Under the pieces are notes generated by a model, which did no database searches, was not told the origin of the DNA, and saw nothing but the letters and a program-made list of their open reading frames with translations. Position numbers and translations under genes: made by a program. Source: Alphaproteobacteria bacterium (lineage in GTDB: Bacteria > Pseudomonadota > Alphaproteobacteria > GCA-2731375). From it: 64,000 nt of DNA. Shown piece by piece: positions 28,813-39,158 of the stretch (position 1 is its first letter; every line of letters starts with the position of its first letter). The DNA lies in the NCBI GenBank assembly GCA_965232515.1, contig CBDDPY010000002.1:7104001-7168000 (forward strand), in the 5' to 3' direction.

Positions 28813-29757
28813 TCACCTCGTTGGCGTGGTTTCCATGAACCGCAGCGTTCCCTCCAACGACGTCAGAACAGCCTGTGATCCGAGGCCCATAGCGTTCTGC
28901 GCCGAGCTCGCCTGGCCCAGACGTACGCAGTCCTCGATCGATTTTCCGAAATGAAGCCCCGTCGCAAAGCCCGCGTTGAAGCAATCGCCGCATCCGCATG
29001 TGCAGATGACATCTATGTCGTAAGACGGCAGATCGAATGCAACGTTCTTCTGATCCCGATACATGGCGCCGTCGACGCCCAATGTCAGGATGACCGCGCC
29101 GGCGCCCTGGTCGAGCAGGAATTTCGAGACGTCTTCCAGATCGGTCAGGCCGGAGAGCGCCATCGCCTCTTCCTCGGAGGGCATGAAATAGTCCGTATGG
29201 GGCAAGAGGGGGGCGACGAGTTTCATGTCGTCCCGTGTCGCGGCAAACACGTCGAGCGTGGTCGTGGCGCCCCGGTTCTTGGCCGCGGCCATGACCTCGG
29301 CGGTGCGGCCGGAGCCGTCCATTCTGTCCATCAGGCCAACGCCGCCCACATGCAGGATCTTCGTGTCGATCACACGCTCCAGCGCGCTGTCCGAGACGGT
29401 GAAGCCGGCGGTCGCCCCACGTTTGTGCAGGGCGGGACGGGCGCCGTCGGGACGGGTCGTCACGATCGAGGACGATGTCGCGAAGTCGGGGCACAGCTCC
29501 ATGTTCCCGGTGTCGACGCCGAAGCTCTTCAGCTTTTCGATCACCCACTTGCCCATGTCATCGGGACCGATGCCGCCCACCGCCTGCACCTTAAGCCCGT
29601 GCTTGGCCGCGACGATCGCCGCCGAACCGGCCGCGCCCGAAACGGCAAGCGTCAGTTCTTCAATGAAATAGGTGTCGCCGTTGGGCGGGATATTCTCGAC
29701 CGGACGGCCCAGGCAGTCGAAGGTGTAAAACCCGATGGAGGTGTAGTCGAAACTCAT
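28813..29757 (-). CDS. PfkB-family carbohydrate kinase
   Basis: SGAAGSAA, GGIGPDDMG, CTCGCGDCFNAGF (variant of DTxGAGD). Confidence 0.9.
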   Translation of the reverse strand: MSFDYTSIGFYTFDCLGRPVENIPPNGDTYFIEELTLAVSGAAGSAAIVAAKHGLKVQAVGGIGPDDMGKWVIEKLKSFGVDTGNMELCPDFATSSSIVTTRPDGARPALHKRGATAGFTVSDSALERVIDTKILHVGGVGLMDRMDGSGRTAEVMAAAKNRGATTTLDVFAATRDDMKLVAPLLPHTDYFMPSEEEAMALSGLTDLEDVSKFLLDQGAGAVILTLGVDGAMYRDQKNVAFDLPSYDIDVICTCGCGDCFNAGFATGLHFGKSIEDCVRLGQASSAQNAMGLGSQAVLTSLEGTLRFMETTPTR

Positions 29758-29760
29758 GCG

Positions 29761-30810
29761 TCACCGAATCCGCGCGCCAGACTCCCGATCGAAGAAGTAG
29801 AGCCGGCTCTGGTCGAAGGCGACGTCCACCGGCTGATCCAGGCCCGCGCGGTAATCGCGGTCGGCCTTGACCTCGATAAGTTTGTCGCCGGCTTTCACGG
29901 TCAAGTATGTCAGATCGCCCGTCGGCTCGATCCCGAATACCTGCCCCGACAGATGGGCGTCCGCGCCCTGAACATGGCAGTCCTCGGGCCGCACGCCCAG
30001 AATGACCTTCCGATCGCCGGTGTCGGGAACGTTTTCGATGGTAATTCCTGGGGCCGTGAATGTTCCGCCCGACACCTGTCCCTCGATCAGGTTCATCGGC
30101 GGTGAACCGATGAAACCGGCCACGAAGGTGTTCGCGGGCTCCGAATAGATGTCGTCCGGCGTGCCGATCTGTTGAATCTCGCCGCCCTCCATGATGACAA
30201 TGCGATCCGCCAGCGTCATGGCCTCGATCTGGTCGTGGGTGACGTATACGGTCGTGATCTTGAGCTGGCGTTGCAGATGCTTGATCTGCACCCGCATCGC
30301 CTGGCGCAGCTTTGCGTCCAGGTTGGACAGCGGCTCGTCCATCAGAAACACCTGAGGCTGGCGCACGATCGCGCGGGCGAGCGCGGCCCGCTGTCTTTGT
30401 CCGCCGGACAATGCGCCGGGCTTGCGGTCGAGATAGTCGCCCAGCTCGACCATGTCCGCCGCCTCGCGGACCAATCGGTCGTGCTGCGGTTTCGGCACCT
30501 TGCGCATGCGGAGCGGGAAGCGGATGTTTTCGTAGATCGTCATGTTCGGATAGAGCGCATAGCTCTGAAACACCATCGCGACGTCGCGGTCGCGGGCGTC
30601 GACCTCGTTCATGACCTGACCGTCCAGGCGGATCTCGCCCTCCGAGGGAACCTCGAGGCCGGCGATCATCCGCATCGTCGTCGTCTTTCCGCAACCCGAC
30701 GGTCCTAGAAAGACGACCAGCTCTTCGTCCGCGATGTCGAGATTGACGTCACGCACGCCCCACACCGCGCCCCAGCGCTTTTGAACTCCTGTAAGCTCGA
30801 TCCGTGCCAC
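29761..30810 (-). CDS. Sugar ABC transporter ATP-binding protein (MalK-like)
   Basis: GPSGCGKTT, LSGGQRQR, DEPLSNLDAKLR. Confidence 0.96.
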   Translation of the reverse strand: MARIELTGVQKRWGAVWGVRDVNLDIADEELVVFLGPSGCGKTTTMRMIAGLEVPSEGEIRLDGQVMNEVDARDRDVAMVFQSYALYPNMTIYENIRFPLRMRKVPKPQHDRLVREAADMVELGDYLDRKPGALSGGQRQRAALARAIVRQPQVFLMDEPLSNLDAKLRQAMRVQIKHLQRQLKITTVYVTHDQIEAMTLADRIVIMEGGEIQQIGTPDDIYSEPANTFVAGFIGSPPMNLIEGQVSGGTFTAPGITIENVPDTGDRKVILGVRPEDCHVQGADAHLSGQVFGIEPTGDLTYLTVKAGDKLIEVKADRDYRAGLDQPVDVAFDQSRLYFFDRESGARIR

Positions 30811-30816
30811 GGTCCG

Positions 30817-31659
30817 CTATCCCTTGACCGCGCCCATGGTGAGGCCGCGCGACAGGTGTTTCTGTATGGCGAGAACCACCAGGAACACCGGAACGAAGGC
30901 CAGGAAGGCCACCAGTGCGATTGCGTTGTAGATCACGCCGTCGGATCCGCCGGTGAAATTCGCGAGCGCCACCGACATCGTGTAGGCGTTTGGCGTCGAT
31001 GCGATCAGCAAGGTGAACAAGAACTCGTTGATCGCAAATATGGCCGCGATGACCCCGGCGGTGATGATGCCGGGCAGGATCGCGGGAATGATGATCTCCC
31101 ACAGGATCCGCAGGTCGGATGCCCCGTCCGTGCGGGCCGCGTCTTCAAGCTCCTTCGGAATGTCCAGCATGTAGGAGCGGATGATCCAGGTCACGACGGA
31201 CAGGTTGATGGCCGCGTAAATGAGCATCAGCGCCCAAATCGTGTCGAGCAGCCCCATATTCCTGAAAAGGAAGAAGATGGGGATGGCCACGATGGCCGGG
31301 GCCATCATTCGGGTTGAGAGAATGTAGAACCCGATGTCTTCGCGTCCGCGATACTCGAAGCGCGCCAGCGAGTAGGCCGCCGGAATGGCCAGGACCAGGT
31401 CGATAATGACGGAGCCGATAATGGCGGCGACCGAGTTCCGCAGATACTTCGCCATTGGCCAATCTTCCCAAATCATATACCAGGCGTCCAAAGAGAAGGT
31501 CGGCCAGTAGATCGGCTGTGGGGTGATGATTTCCGTCCTTGGACGCAGACCGATGGACAGGAACCACAGCACCGGCGCCAGGCACAACAGCGCCCAGGCG
31601 CCAAGGATCAGGTATCTGACGAAGACGCTCTCGCCGGGATTGCGTCGTACGGATGCCAC
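30817..31659 (-). CDS. Carbohydrate ABC permease
   Basis: Multiple TM segments, EAA loop IPKELEDAARTDGA. Confidence 0.93.
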   Translation of the reverse strand: MASVRRNPGESVFVRYLILGAWALLCLAPVLWFLSIGLRPRTEIITPQPIYWPTFSLDAWYMIWEDWPMAKYLRNSVAAIIGSVIIDLVLAIPAAYSLARFEYRGREDIGFYILSTRMMAPAIVAIPIFFLFRNMGLLDTIWALMLIYAAINLSVVTWIIRSYMLDIPKELEDAARTDGASDLRILWEIIIPAILPGIITAGVIAAIFAINEFLFTLLIASTPNAYTMSVALANFTGGSDGVIYNAIALVAFLAFVPVFLVVLAIQKHLSRGLTMGAVKG

Positions 31660-31662
31660 GGT

Positions 31663-32607
31663 TCAGGCCCTCCCCGACTTGAACGCGCGCTTAACGACGA
31701 GTTGCGCAACGATGATCGTAAGGATCAGCATGATGACCGACGCGGCCGAGGCGTAGCCGAAGTTAAAGGTCTTAAAGCCGATGCGGTAGATGAAGTAGCT
31801 GATGGTCTCGGTCGTGCCGCCCGGTCCGCCCTTGGTGATGATGAAGACGTTGGCGAACATGGTGGTGATATCGATGCCTCGCAGGATCAGCGCGACGGCG
31901 ATCACCGGACGCATCATCGGCAGGGAGATGTTCCAGAAGATCTGGCTCCATTTGGCCCCGTCGAGGCGCGCGGCCTCTTCCACTTCCTCGTCCTGGCTCT
32001 GCAGGGCGGCGACGAAGATGATGAACAGGAAAGGCGTCCATTGCCAGACATCCGCGAGGATAAGCAGCAGCCGCGACATCCAGATCGACGAGGGGATCGC
32101 GAGGTTCGCATCGATCAACCCGACCTGCATCAGCAAATCCGAGACGACCCGGGCATCGAGAAAGGCAAGCTTGAAGATGAAAGCCACCGCCGAGGGCATG
32201 AACAGCATGGGGATCAGGAAGACGATGCGCCAGCCCTGCACCCAGGGATCGCGATAGGCGTGAAACGCCAGGGTCAGCGCGATGGCGCATTGCAACGCCA
32301 GCGCAATCGCGCCGATGACCAGTGTGTTCCAGAGCGCCGCCCAGAATTCGCGGTCGTTGAACAGGTCGATGTAGTTCTCAAACCCGACCGGGCGCCAGGG
32401 CCCGAACTTGACGTGATAAAAACTCTGGATGACCGCATAGGCGCCCGGATAGAGGGTGATCATCAAGAGATAGAGAACCGCCGGCGCCACCAGCAGATAG
32501 GGGAAAAGCGCGCGCATGCGTCTGCTGCGTCGCACCAACGGTCTCGCTGCCGGCGCCGCCGGGGCGACCGCGGTCGCCCCGGCATTCGCCAGGGAGGATT
32601 CGCTCAT
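31663..32607 (-). CDS. Carbohydrate ABC permease
   Basis: DVWQWTPF, EEAARLDGA, TKGGPG. Confidence 0.93.
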   Translation of the reverse strand: MSESSLANAGATAVAPAAPAARPLVRRSRRMRALFPYLLVAPAVLYLLMITLYPGAYAVIQSFYHVKFGPWRPVGFENYIDLFNDREFWAALWNTLVIGAIALALQCAIALTLAFHAYRDPWVQGWRIVFLIPMLFMPSAVAFIFKLAFLDARVVSDLLMQVGLIDANLAIPSSIWMSRLLLILADVWQWTPFLFIIFVAALQSQDEEVEEAARLDGAKWSQIFWNISLPMMRPVIAVALILRGIDITTMFANVFIITKGGPGGTTETISYFIYRIGFKTFNFGYASAASVIMLILTIIVAQLVVKRAFKSGRA

Positions 32608-32643
32608 CAAGGAGGCCCCTGACGGACGTGTTGTCCCGACGGA

Positions 32644-34197
32644 TCAGAACGGCAGCGGCTTGCCTTCGCCAACATACAGGCCCGTCGCCGCGGCGGCGTA
32701 TTCCACCGGCGGTTTGCTGCCGTAGAACCCGTTGTCCTCCATGATTTTGCGCACGGCCGCCACGCCGTTGTCCAGCGCTTCCTTGGCCGAGATCTGGCCG
32801 ACCACGGCGCGATTGATCTCGTTGCCGATGGCCTGCTCCATGTTGAACATGCCGGGCAGGCGCGGCGCGCACCAGGCGTGGTCCAGGCTGTCGCCCCAGA
32901 CCTTGGCGGGCTGGCTGACCTTTTGCAGGTCGGTATTGTTGAGAACCGAGCGGTAGCCCGGCGCGACACCGTTCGCGTTGGCCTCGTTCATCGCCATGAT
33001 CGAAGCGGTGGTCAGGAATGCCAGCATCAGGAATGCGCCCTCGGCGTTCTGCGCCGATGCCGAGACGCATGACGTCGATCCGGCGATGTTCGGCGGCGCG
33101 AAGCGTCCGCCCGCGATCCGGGGCTCGTAGACGGTGACGAAGTCGTCGACGATCTGCGACTGGTCGGGGCGCATTGCCTGGGTGCCCGAGTCCTGCCAGC
33201 TGATATTGGTCGCCAGCTGCCCGCCGAGCCAGGCCGCGCGGTTTTCCGGCCACCCGGCGCCCGCATGCCCTTCATTGGCGTTCTCGACCAGCTTGAGGAT
33301 GATCTCGAGGCCCTGCATGCCGGCGTCGTTGTTGAAGATCGGCTGCCAGTTCTCGTCGAACAGCATCATGCCGGCCTGCGCGGCGATGTGTTCCCACGTG
33401 TAGGTCGACCAAAAGCCGCGCGCGGCCATCAGGCCCACGCCGGCGACGCCGGGCTCGACTTTGTTGAGTTCCTTCGAGACGCGGATCAGCTCGTCGTAAC
33501 TCGGGATCGAGTTCACCTTGTCGACGGCCCCGCCCAGGATCTTTTCCATGTAACCCTTGCGGACATGGACCATCTGGATGTCGCAGTCGAATGGGATACC
33601 GTACATGGTTCCGTTGAAGAAGCCGTAGTTCAGGCGATAGGTGTCATAGAAGTCGTCGAGCGGCAGGCCCCATTTCGCGGCGAAATCTTCGAGCGGGGCG
33701 AGAAAGCCCGGCGCCGCGAAATCGCCCAGCCACGGCGAGAAGAACTGCAGCGCATCGAACGAGGCGTTGCCGGAAATGAATTCCGCCAGCGCCTTGTCAT
33801 AGAAACTGTCGTCCGGGATCGGCACCAGCTCGACCTTGATGCCCGAGAGCTGCTCGAAGGGCACGAGACCTTCGGCGGCCGACTCCTGATCGGCCGCGCC
33901 GATGGCGAAGCGGACGGTCGTTCCGGACAGTTCGGAGCGAACCCGCTCCCAATCCACGGTGCGGATCCAGTCTTTGTTGGGATCCCAAAGCGGGGCGTCG
34001 CTCATGTTGTAGAGCTTGCGATAATCCTCGCGGACGTAGCCGGAAACGGAAATGTTCTCCAGAACGCCGGCGGGATCGGGAAGGTGGCCGTCGGCAAACG
34101 CGGGCAATGACAGCTTGGTTCCGACGGCCCCGACGGTGCCGGCGGCGACGCCCGTTTTAATGAACGACCGGCGAGTTATCGAGTTGCGCTGGATCAT
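32644..34197 (-). CDS. Tat-exported ABC solute-binding protein (family 1)
   Basis: TRRSFIK twin-Arg signal, FEQLSGIKVELV. First gene of the ABC operon. Confidence 0.88.
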   Translation of the reverse strand: MIQRNSITRRSFIKTGVAAGTVGAVGTKLSLPAFADGHLPDPAGVLENISVSGYVREDYRKLYNMSDAPLWDPNKDWIRTVDWERVRSELSGTTVRFAIGAADQESAAEGLVPFEQLSGIKVELVPIPDDSFYDKALAEFISGNASFDALQFFSPWLGDFAAPGFLAPLEDFAAKWGLPLDDFYDTYRLNYGFFNGTMYGIPFDCDIQMVHVRKGYMEKILGGAVDKVNSIPSYDELIRVSKELNKVEPGVAGVGLMAARGFWSTYTWEHIAAQAGMMLFDENWQPIFNNDAGMQGLEIILKLVENANEGHAGAGWPENRAAWLGGQLATNISWQDSGTQAMRPDQSQIVDDFVTVYEPRIAGGRFAPPNIAGSTSCVSASAQNAEGAFLMLAFLTTASIMAMNEANANGVAPGYRSVLNNTDLQKVSQPAKVWGDSLDHAWCAPRLPGMFNMEQAIGNEINRAVVGQISAKEALDNGVAAVRKIMEDNGFYGSKPPVEYAAAATGLYVGEGKPLPF

Positions 34198-34296
34198 CTT
34201 GGGTTACCTCCCGTAGTGCGTTGGTCTTGGAGGCGTTCCCCGCAGAAAGCGCCGGAGCAAGCCGCCAATGACATTCCCCTGTTAGCCACCATCGAA

Positions 34297-34462
34297 ATTT
34301 AGAACATTTAGTGGATAGTGATAACGTATGTTCAATAGATCTGAGCTGTCAACCCAAAGGAGTAAGCACAAAAGCCTGTATTTTGTGTTGCAATGCAGCA
34401 TTCGCGACCGTTGATATTGGGTATTGAACACAAGAATTGACTATTGAACAAAAGTTCTAAAT
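34297..34462. promoter_or_regulatory. Pair of inverted 41-bp operators in a divergent promoter
   Basis: 34297-34337 ATTTAGAAC-N23-TGTTCAATA and 34422-34462 TATTGAACA-N23-GTTCTAAAT. Confidence 0.7.
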
Positions 34463-34511
34463 AGTGCTGCGAAATTTGGTGCTTGCGAACTTTCCGGTTG
34501 GAGCCTGCGAT

Positions 34512-35855
34512 ATGACCAGCAATGTAGCGCCCACAGGGCTGGCCCGAGATCTGAAACGCCGCGCCGACACGGGGCGTCCCATCAGGATCGGCCTCATCGG
34601 CTCCGGCGAAATGGGGACGGACATCGTCGCCCGCACCACGATGATGGATGGGATCGAGGTCGCGGCGATTGCCGATCTCAACGCCGCCGCGGCGCATGGC
34701 GCGGTCGAGATCGCCAGGCAGGAGAAGGGGCATTCGTCCGACGCCGAGACGGCGTCAGCGCTCAATGCCGTGATCGAAAGCGGTCGGACAGCGGTCGCCG
34801 CCGACGCCCATCACATCCTGGAAAGCGGACTGATCGATGTGGTGATCGATGCCACCGGGATGCCCGCCGTCGGCGCCGAGCTTGGCCTGAGCGCCATGGA
34901 GCACGGCAAGCACCTCGTGATGATGAACGTCGAGGCCGATGTCACCATCGGCTCGTATCTCAGGCGACAGGCGGATCGGCTGGGGGTCGTGTACACGCTC
35001 GGCGCCGGCGACGAGCCATCGTCTTGCATGGAGCTGATCGAGTTCGTTTCGGCGATGGGGCACAGTATCGTCGCGGCCGGCAAGGGGAAGAACAACCCGC
35101 TCAACATCGACGCCACGCCGGACGCCTATGTCGAAGAAGCCACCGCGCGCAACATGAGCGCGCGCATGCTGGTTGAGTTCGTCGACGGGTCGAAGACGAT
35201 GGTCGAGATGGCCGCGATCGCCAACGCGACCGGACTGATTCCCGACAAACCGGGCATGCACGGGCCGGCGGCCGGTCCGAAGGAACTAGCCAGCGTTCTC
35301 GTGCCAACCGCCGATGGCGGCGTTCTGAGCGCCCCGGGCCGCGTGGATTTTTCCGTCGGCAGCGGTCTGGCGCCCGGCGTTTTCGTCGTGGCCAAGGCCG
35401 AACACCCGCGGGTTCATGAACGGATGACGGATCTGAAAATGGGCGACGGGCCCTATTTCGCCTTCATCCGGCCCTATCACCTGACGTCGCTGGAAGTGCC
35501 GCTCACCTGTGCCCGTGCGGTGCTGTACGGCAAGGCGGACATGACGCCGCTGGACAGGCCTACCGCCGAGGTTTGCGCGGTCGCGAAGCGGGATCTGACG
35601 CCGGGCGATACGCTCGATCAGATCGGTGAGTATTGCTATCGGGCCTGGATCATGGAGGCCGGCGAGGCCCGGGATGCGCAAGCCATCCCCTGCGGGCTAT
35701 TGGCCGGCTGCACGGTCACCGCGGCCGTCAAGAGAGGCGAGCTGATCACCTACGGCAACGCCAAGGTGCCGGCCGATTCGAGGATCGCGGCCCTGCGGGC
35801 CCGGCAGGATGAACTGCTGTTCGATAAAGCCGCGGATGAGTTGGTGGATGCCTGA
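34512..35855 (+). CDS. NAD(P)-dependent oxidoreductase with C-terminal SAF domain (homoserine dehydrogenase-like)
   Basis: [36 protein letters not shown]. Confidence 0.88.
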   Translation: MTSNVAPTGLARDLKRRADTGRPIRIGLIGSGEMGTDIVARTTMMDGIEVAAIADLNAAAAHGAVEIARQEKGHSSDAETASALNAVIESGRTAVAADAHHILESGLIDVVIDATGMPAVGAELGLSAMEHGKHLVMMNVEADVTIGSYLRRQADRLGVVYTLGAGDEPSSCMELIEFVSAMGHSIVAAGKGKNNPLNIDATPDAYVEEATARNMSARMLVEFVDGSKTMVEMAAIANATGLIPDKPGMHGPAAGPKELASVLVPTADGGVLSAPGRVDFSVGSGLAPGVFVVAKAEHPRVHERMTDLKMGDGPYFAFIRPYHLTSLEVPLTCARAVLYGKADMTPLDRPTAEVCAVAKRDLTPGDTLDQIGEYCYRAWIMEAGEARDAQAIPCGLLAGCTVTAAVKRGELITYGNAKVPADSRIAALRARQDELLFDKAADELVDA

Positions 35856-36858
35856 TACCGCGCAGGAAAACGTCCCCTTCGCGATCCGTGAGTATTCCTC
35901 GCAGGACCTTAAATCGGCCCTGCGCAAGATGTACCTGATCCGGAAGTTCGAGGAAGGCGCCGAGGACTGCTACATGCGTGGTCTGATTCACGGCACCATG
36001 CACTTGTCGATCGGGCAAGAAGCAAGCGCGGTCGCGTCCTGCATGCCGCTGAGCGACGACGACATGATCACCTCGACGCATCGCGGCCACGGTCATTGCG
36101 TGGCGAAAGGCGCTGAGCTGGCAAGGATGTTCGCCGAATTCTTCGGCAAGGAAAGCGGCTATTGCCGGGGCCGCGGCGGCTCCATGCACATTGCCGATGT
36201 CGAAAAGGGAAACCTTGGGGCGAACGGGATCGTCGGCGGCGGCATTCCGATCGCAGTCGGTGCCGCCCTTTCCGCCAAACGCCTGCGCACCGGCGCCGTC
36301 ACGGTCTGTTTTTTCGGGGACGGCGCCAACAACGAGGGTGCGTTCCACGAAGCCCTGAACATGGCGTCCGTTTGGAAGCTGCCGGTCGTCTTCGTCTGCG
36401 AAAACAACAAATACGGCATGTCGACATCGACCGAACGGTCCACCGCGGTCGGATCGATCGCCGATCGCGCCAGCGCCTACGCCATTCCGGGGACGTCCGT
36501 CGACGGCAACGATTTCTCGCAGGTCGCCGAGGCCGTCACCGTAGCCGTCCTGCGGGCGCGAGCCGGAGAAGGACCGAGCCTGATCGAGTCCGTGACCTAC
36601 CGGTGGCGCGGTCATTCGAAGTCGGACCGCAACCGGTACCGGACAAAAGAAGAAATCGCGGCTTGGATGGAAAAGGACCCGATCGCACGGTTTGCCAGGA
36701 TGCTGACGGATCACGGCGCCCTGACGCCCGAGGAGGTCGCCCGGCTTGAGGCCGACGCGGATAGCGAGATCGCCGCTGCCATTGAGTTCGCCAAAAACGA
36801 ACCCAGTCCGGATGCGGCGGCCGTGACGGAGGGCGTTTACACCGAGCTGAGCGCATGA
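35848..36858 (+). CDS. TPP-dependent dehydrogenase E1 alpha (acetoin/pyruvate dehydrogenase-like)
   Basis: [37 protein letters not shown]. Confidence 0.93.
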   Translation: MPDTAQENVPFAIREYSSQDLKSALRKMYLIRKFEEGAEDCYMRGLIHGTMHLSIGQEASAVASCMPLSDDDMITSTHRGHGHCVAKGAELARMFAEFFGKESGYCRGRGGSMHIADVEKGNLGANGIVGGGIPIAVGAALSAKRLRTGAVTVCFFGDGANNEGAFHEALNMASVWKLPVVFVCENNKYGMSTSTERSTAVGSIADRASAYAIPGTSVDGNDFSQVAEAVTVAVLRARAGEGPSLIESVTYRWRGHSKSDRNRYRTKEEIAAWMEKDPIARFARMLTDHGALTPEEVARLEADADSEIAAAIEFAKNEPSPDAAAVTEGVYTELSA

Positions 36859-37871
36859 ATCACATGGCGGATGTCGGTCACGTCGCCCGCGAGATCTCCT
36901 ATGCCGAGGCGCTCCGGGACGCGATGGACGTCGCGCTTGGCGCCGATGAGCGTGTCATCGTGATGGGTGAGGACATCGGCGTTTACGGCGGCGCGTTTCA
37001 GGTGACCGGGAACCTGGTGGACAAATACGGCGAGGAACGTGTCATCGACACGCCGATCTCCGAGCTTGGTGGCGCCGGCGTCGCCGTGGGCGCGGCCATG
37101 ACCGGGCTCCGGCCGATTTTCGAGTTTCAGTTCTCGGACTTCGCCACGCTCGCCATGGAGCAGATCGTCAACCAGGCGGCGAAGATGCGCTACATGCTTG
37201 GTGGCGCCGTCTCGGTGCCCGTCGTCATGCGCTTTCCGGCCGGATCCGGCACCGGCGCGGCGGCCCAGCACAGCCAAAGTCTCGAGGCCTGGTTTGCGCA
37301 TGTGCCCGGCCTGAAGGTGGTTCAACCATCGACGCCCAAGGATGCCAAGGGCCTGCTGCTGGCGGCGCTCGAAGATCCGGATCCGGTCATGATCTTCGAG
37401 CACAAGCTGCTCTACAAAACGAAAGGCCAAGTACCGGAAGGGCATTACACGACGCCGATCGGAAAGGCCGCGGTTCGTCGCCAGGGCGACGATCTGACCA
37501 TCGTTGCCACGTCGATCATGGTGCAGAAGTCGCTGGAGGCCGCCGACGCGATCTTCGCCGAAGGAATCTCGGCCGAGGTGATCGACCTCAGATCGATCCG
37601 CCCGATGGATCGTGAGACCGTTCTCGAAAGCGTACGCAAGACCGGGCGGCTGCTCTGTGTCTACGAGGCGGTGAAGACATTGGGGGTGGGTGCAGAGATC
37701 AGCGCCATGGTTGCCGAAAGCGACGCCTTCGATTTCCTGGACGCGCCGATCGTCCGCTTGGGCGGCGCGGAATGCCCGATCCCCTACAATCCCGACCTGG
37801 AGAAAGCCGCGGTGCCCCAGGTCGCCGGCATTGTCGAGGCGGCACGGGGCTTGGTCTCCGGAAAGATCTGA
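36855..37871 (+). CDS. 2-oxoacid/acetoin dehydrogenase E1 beta
   Basis: [32 protein letters not shown]. Confidence 0.93.
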   Translation: MNHMADVGHVAREISYAEALRDAMDVALGADERVIVMGEDIGVYGGAFQVTGNLVDKYGEERVIDTPISELGGAGVAVGAAMTGLRPIFEFQFSDFATLAMEQIVNQAAKMRYMLGGAVSVPVVMRFPAGSGTGAAAQHSQSLEAWFAHVPGLKVVQPSTPKDAKGLLLAALEDPDPVMIFEHKLLYKTKGQVPEGHYTTPIGKAAVRRQGDDLTIVATSIMVQKSLEAADAIFAEGISAEVIDLRSIRPMDRETVLESVRKTGRLLCVYEAVKTLGVGAEISAMVAESDAFDFLDAPIVRLGGAECPIPYNPDLEKAAVPQVAGIVEAARGLVSGKI

Positions 37872-37872
37872 G

Positions 37873-39141
37873 ATGCCGACCGAGGTTATCCTCCCAAAGG
37901 TCGACATGGATATGGCGACCGGCGTGATCGCCGCCTGGCATGTCTCGGAAGGCGAGCGGGTCGAGAAGTCCGCGCCGCTTTTTGACATCGAGACCGATAA
38001 GGCGGCGATGGAGGTCGAAAGCCCGGCGACGGGGATATTGGGCCATGTGCGCGCGCAGGCGGGCGCCGAAGTGGCCATCGGCGTCGTCGTCGCCTGGATA
38101 TACGCCGACGGCGAAACGATTGGAGACCGACCGCCAAAAGCGTCGGACGACGCGCACAAGGCGGCCGACCCGGTCGCCGAAACCGTTGGCGAGGCGCCAG
38201 TCTCGCCGCGGCACGCCGAGGCCCCGTGCCGGCCGCTCCGGAAACCGAGGGCGACGCCGCTGGCGCGACGGATCGCTAAGGAGGCTGGCATCGACCTGAG
38301 CACCGTCGAAGGGACGGGACCGCGCGGTCGAGTTGTCAAATCGGATGTCATCGCGGCCATCGAAGCCCGGACGGAAACCCTGCCGGCCAATCGATCCTTG
38401 TCGGCGCCAGAGCCCGCGGCGGCGGCCGCGCCGCGGACCGCAACGGATCGGCCGCACGAGGTCATCGAACTCGACAATATGCGCCGCACGATCGCCGCGC
38501 GCCTGACCCGATCGACGCAGACCGTCCCGCATTTCTACCTGCGGCGGGACATCCGGCTCGACACGCTGTTGGATCTGCGCGCGAGCTTGAACCGTCGGCG
38601 AGCCGACGACGGCCTTAAGATCTCCGTCAATGATTTCCTTATCAAGGCCTGCGCCCGAGCGCTGCAGAAGGTCCCGGAAGCGAATGTCAGCTGGGCCGAC
38701 GATCGCATGCTGCGCTTCATATCGTCCGATATTTCGGTGGCCGTGGCCTTGGAGGACGGACTGTTCACGCCGATCGTGCGCGATGCCGAGAAGAAGACGC
38801 TTTCCGCCATCTCGACGGAAATGAAGGCGCTCGCCGGCCGTGCCCGCGACCGAAAGCTTCAGCCCCATGAATACCAGGGCGGCGCATTCGCGATATCGAA
38901 CCTTGGCATGTTTGGGGTCGAGAGCTTCGACGCGATCATCAATCCACCGCAGTCGTCGATATTGGCCGCGGGCATTGCCACGCAGCGGCCGGTCGTGTCG
39001 AAAGAGGGCCGATTGGATGTCGCCACCGTCATGTCGGTGACGCTGAGCGTGGATCATCGCGCGATTGACGGCGCGTTGGGCGCAAGGTTTCTGGACGCCA
39101 TCGTCGAAGGGTTGGAGGCACCCTGCACGATGCTTGTCTAG
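37873..39141 (+). CDS. Dihydrolipoamide acyltransferase E2
   Basis: Lipoyl motif ETDKA, E3-binding ATPLARRIA..GTGPRGR, catalytic DHRAIDG. Confidence 0.93.
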   Translation: MPTEVILPKVDMDMATGVIAAWHVSEGERVEKSAPLFDIETDKAAMEVESPATGILGHVRAQAGAEVAIGVVVAWIYADGETIGDRPPKASDDAHKAADPVAETVGEAPVSPRHAEAPCRPLRKPRATPLARRIAKEAGIDLSTVEGTGPRGRVVKSDVIAAIEARTETLPANRSLSAPEPAAAAAPRTATDRPHEVIELDNMRRTIAARLTRSTQTVPHFYLRRDIRLDTLLDLRASLNRRRADDGLKISVNDFLIKACARALQKVPEANVSWADDRMLRFISSDISVAVALEDGLFTPIVRDAEKKTLSAISTEMKALAGRARDRKLQPHEYQGGAFAISNLGMFGVESFDAIINPPQSSILAAGIATQRPVVSKEGRLDVATVMSVTLSVDHRAIDGALGARFLDAIVEGLEAPCTMLV

Positions 39142-39158
39142 CGTCGCTGGCAGCGTGC

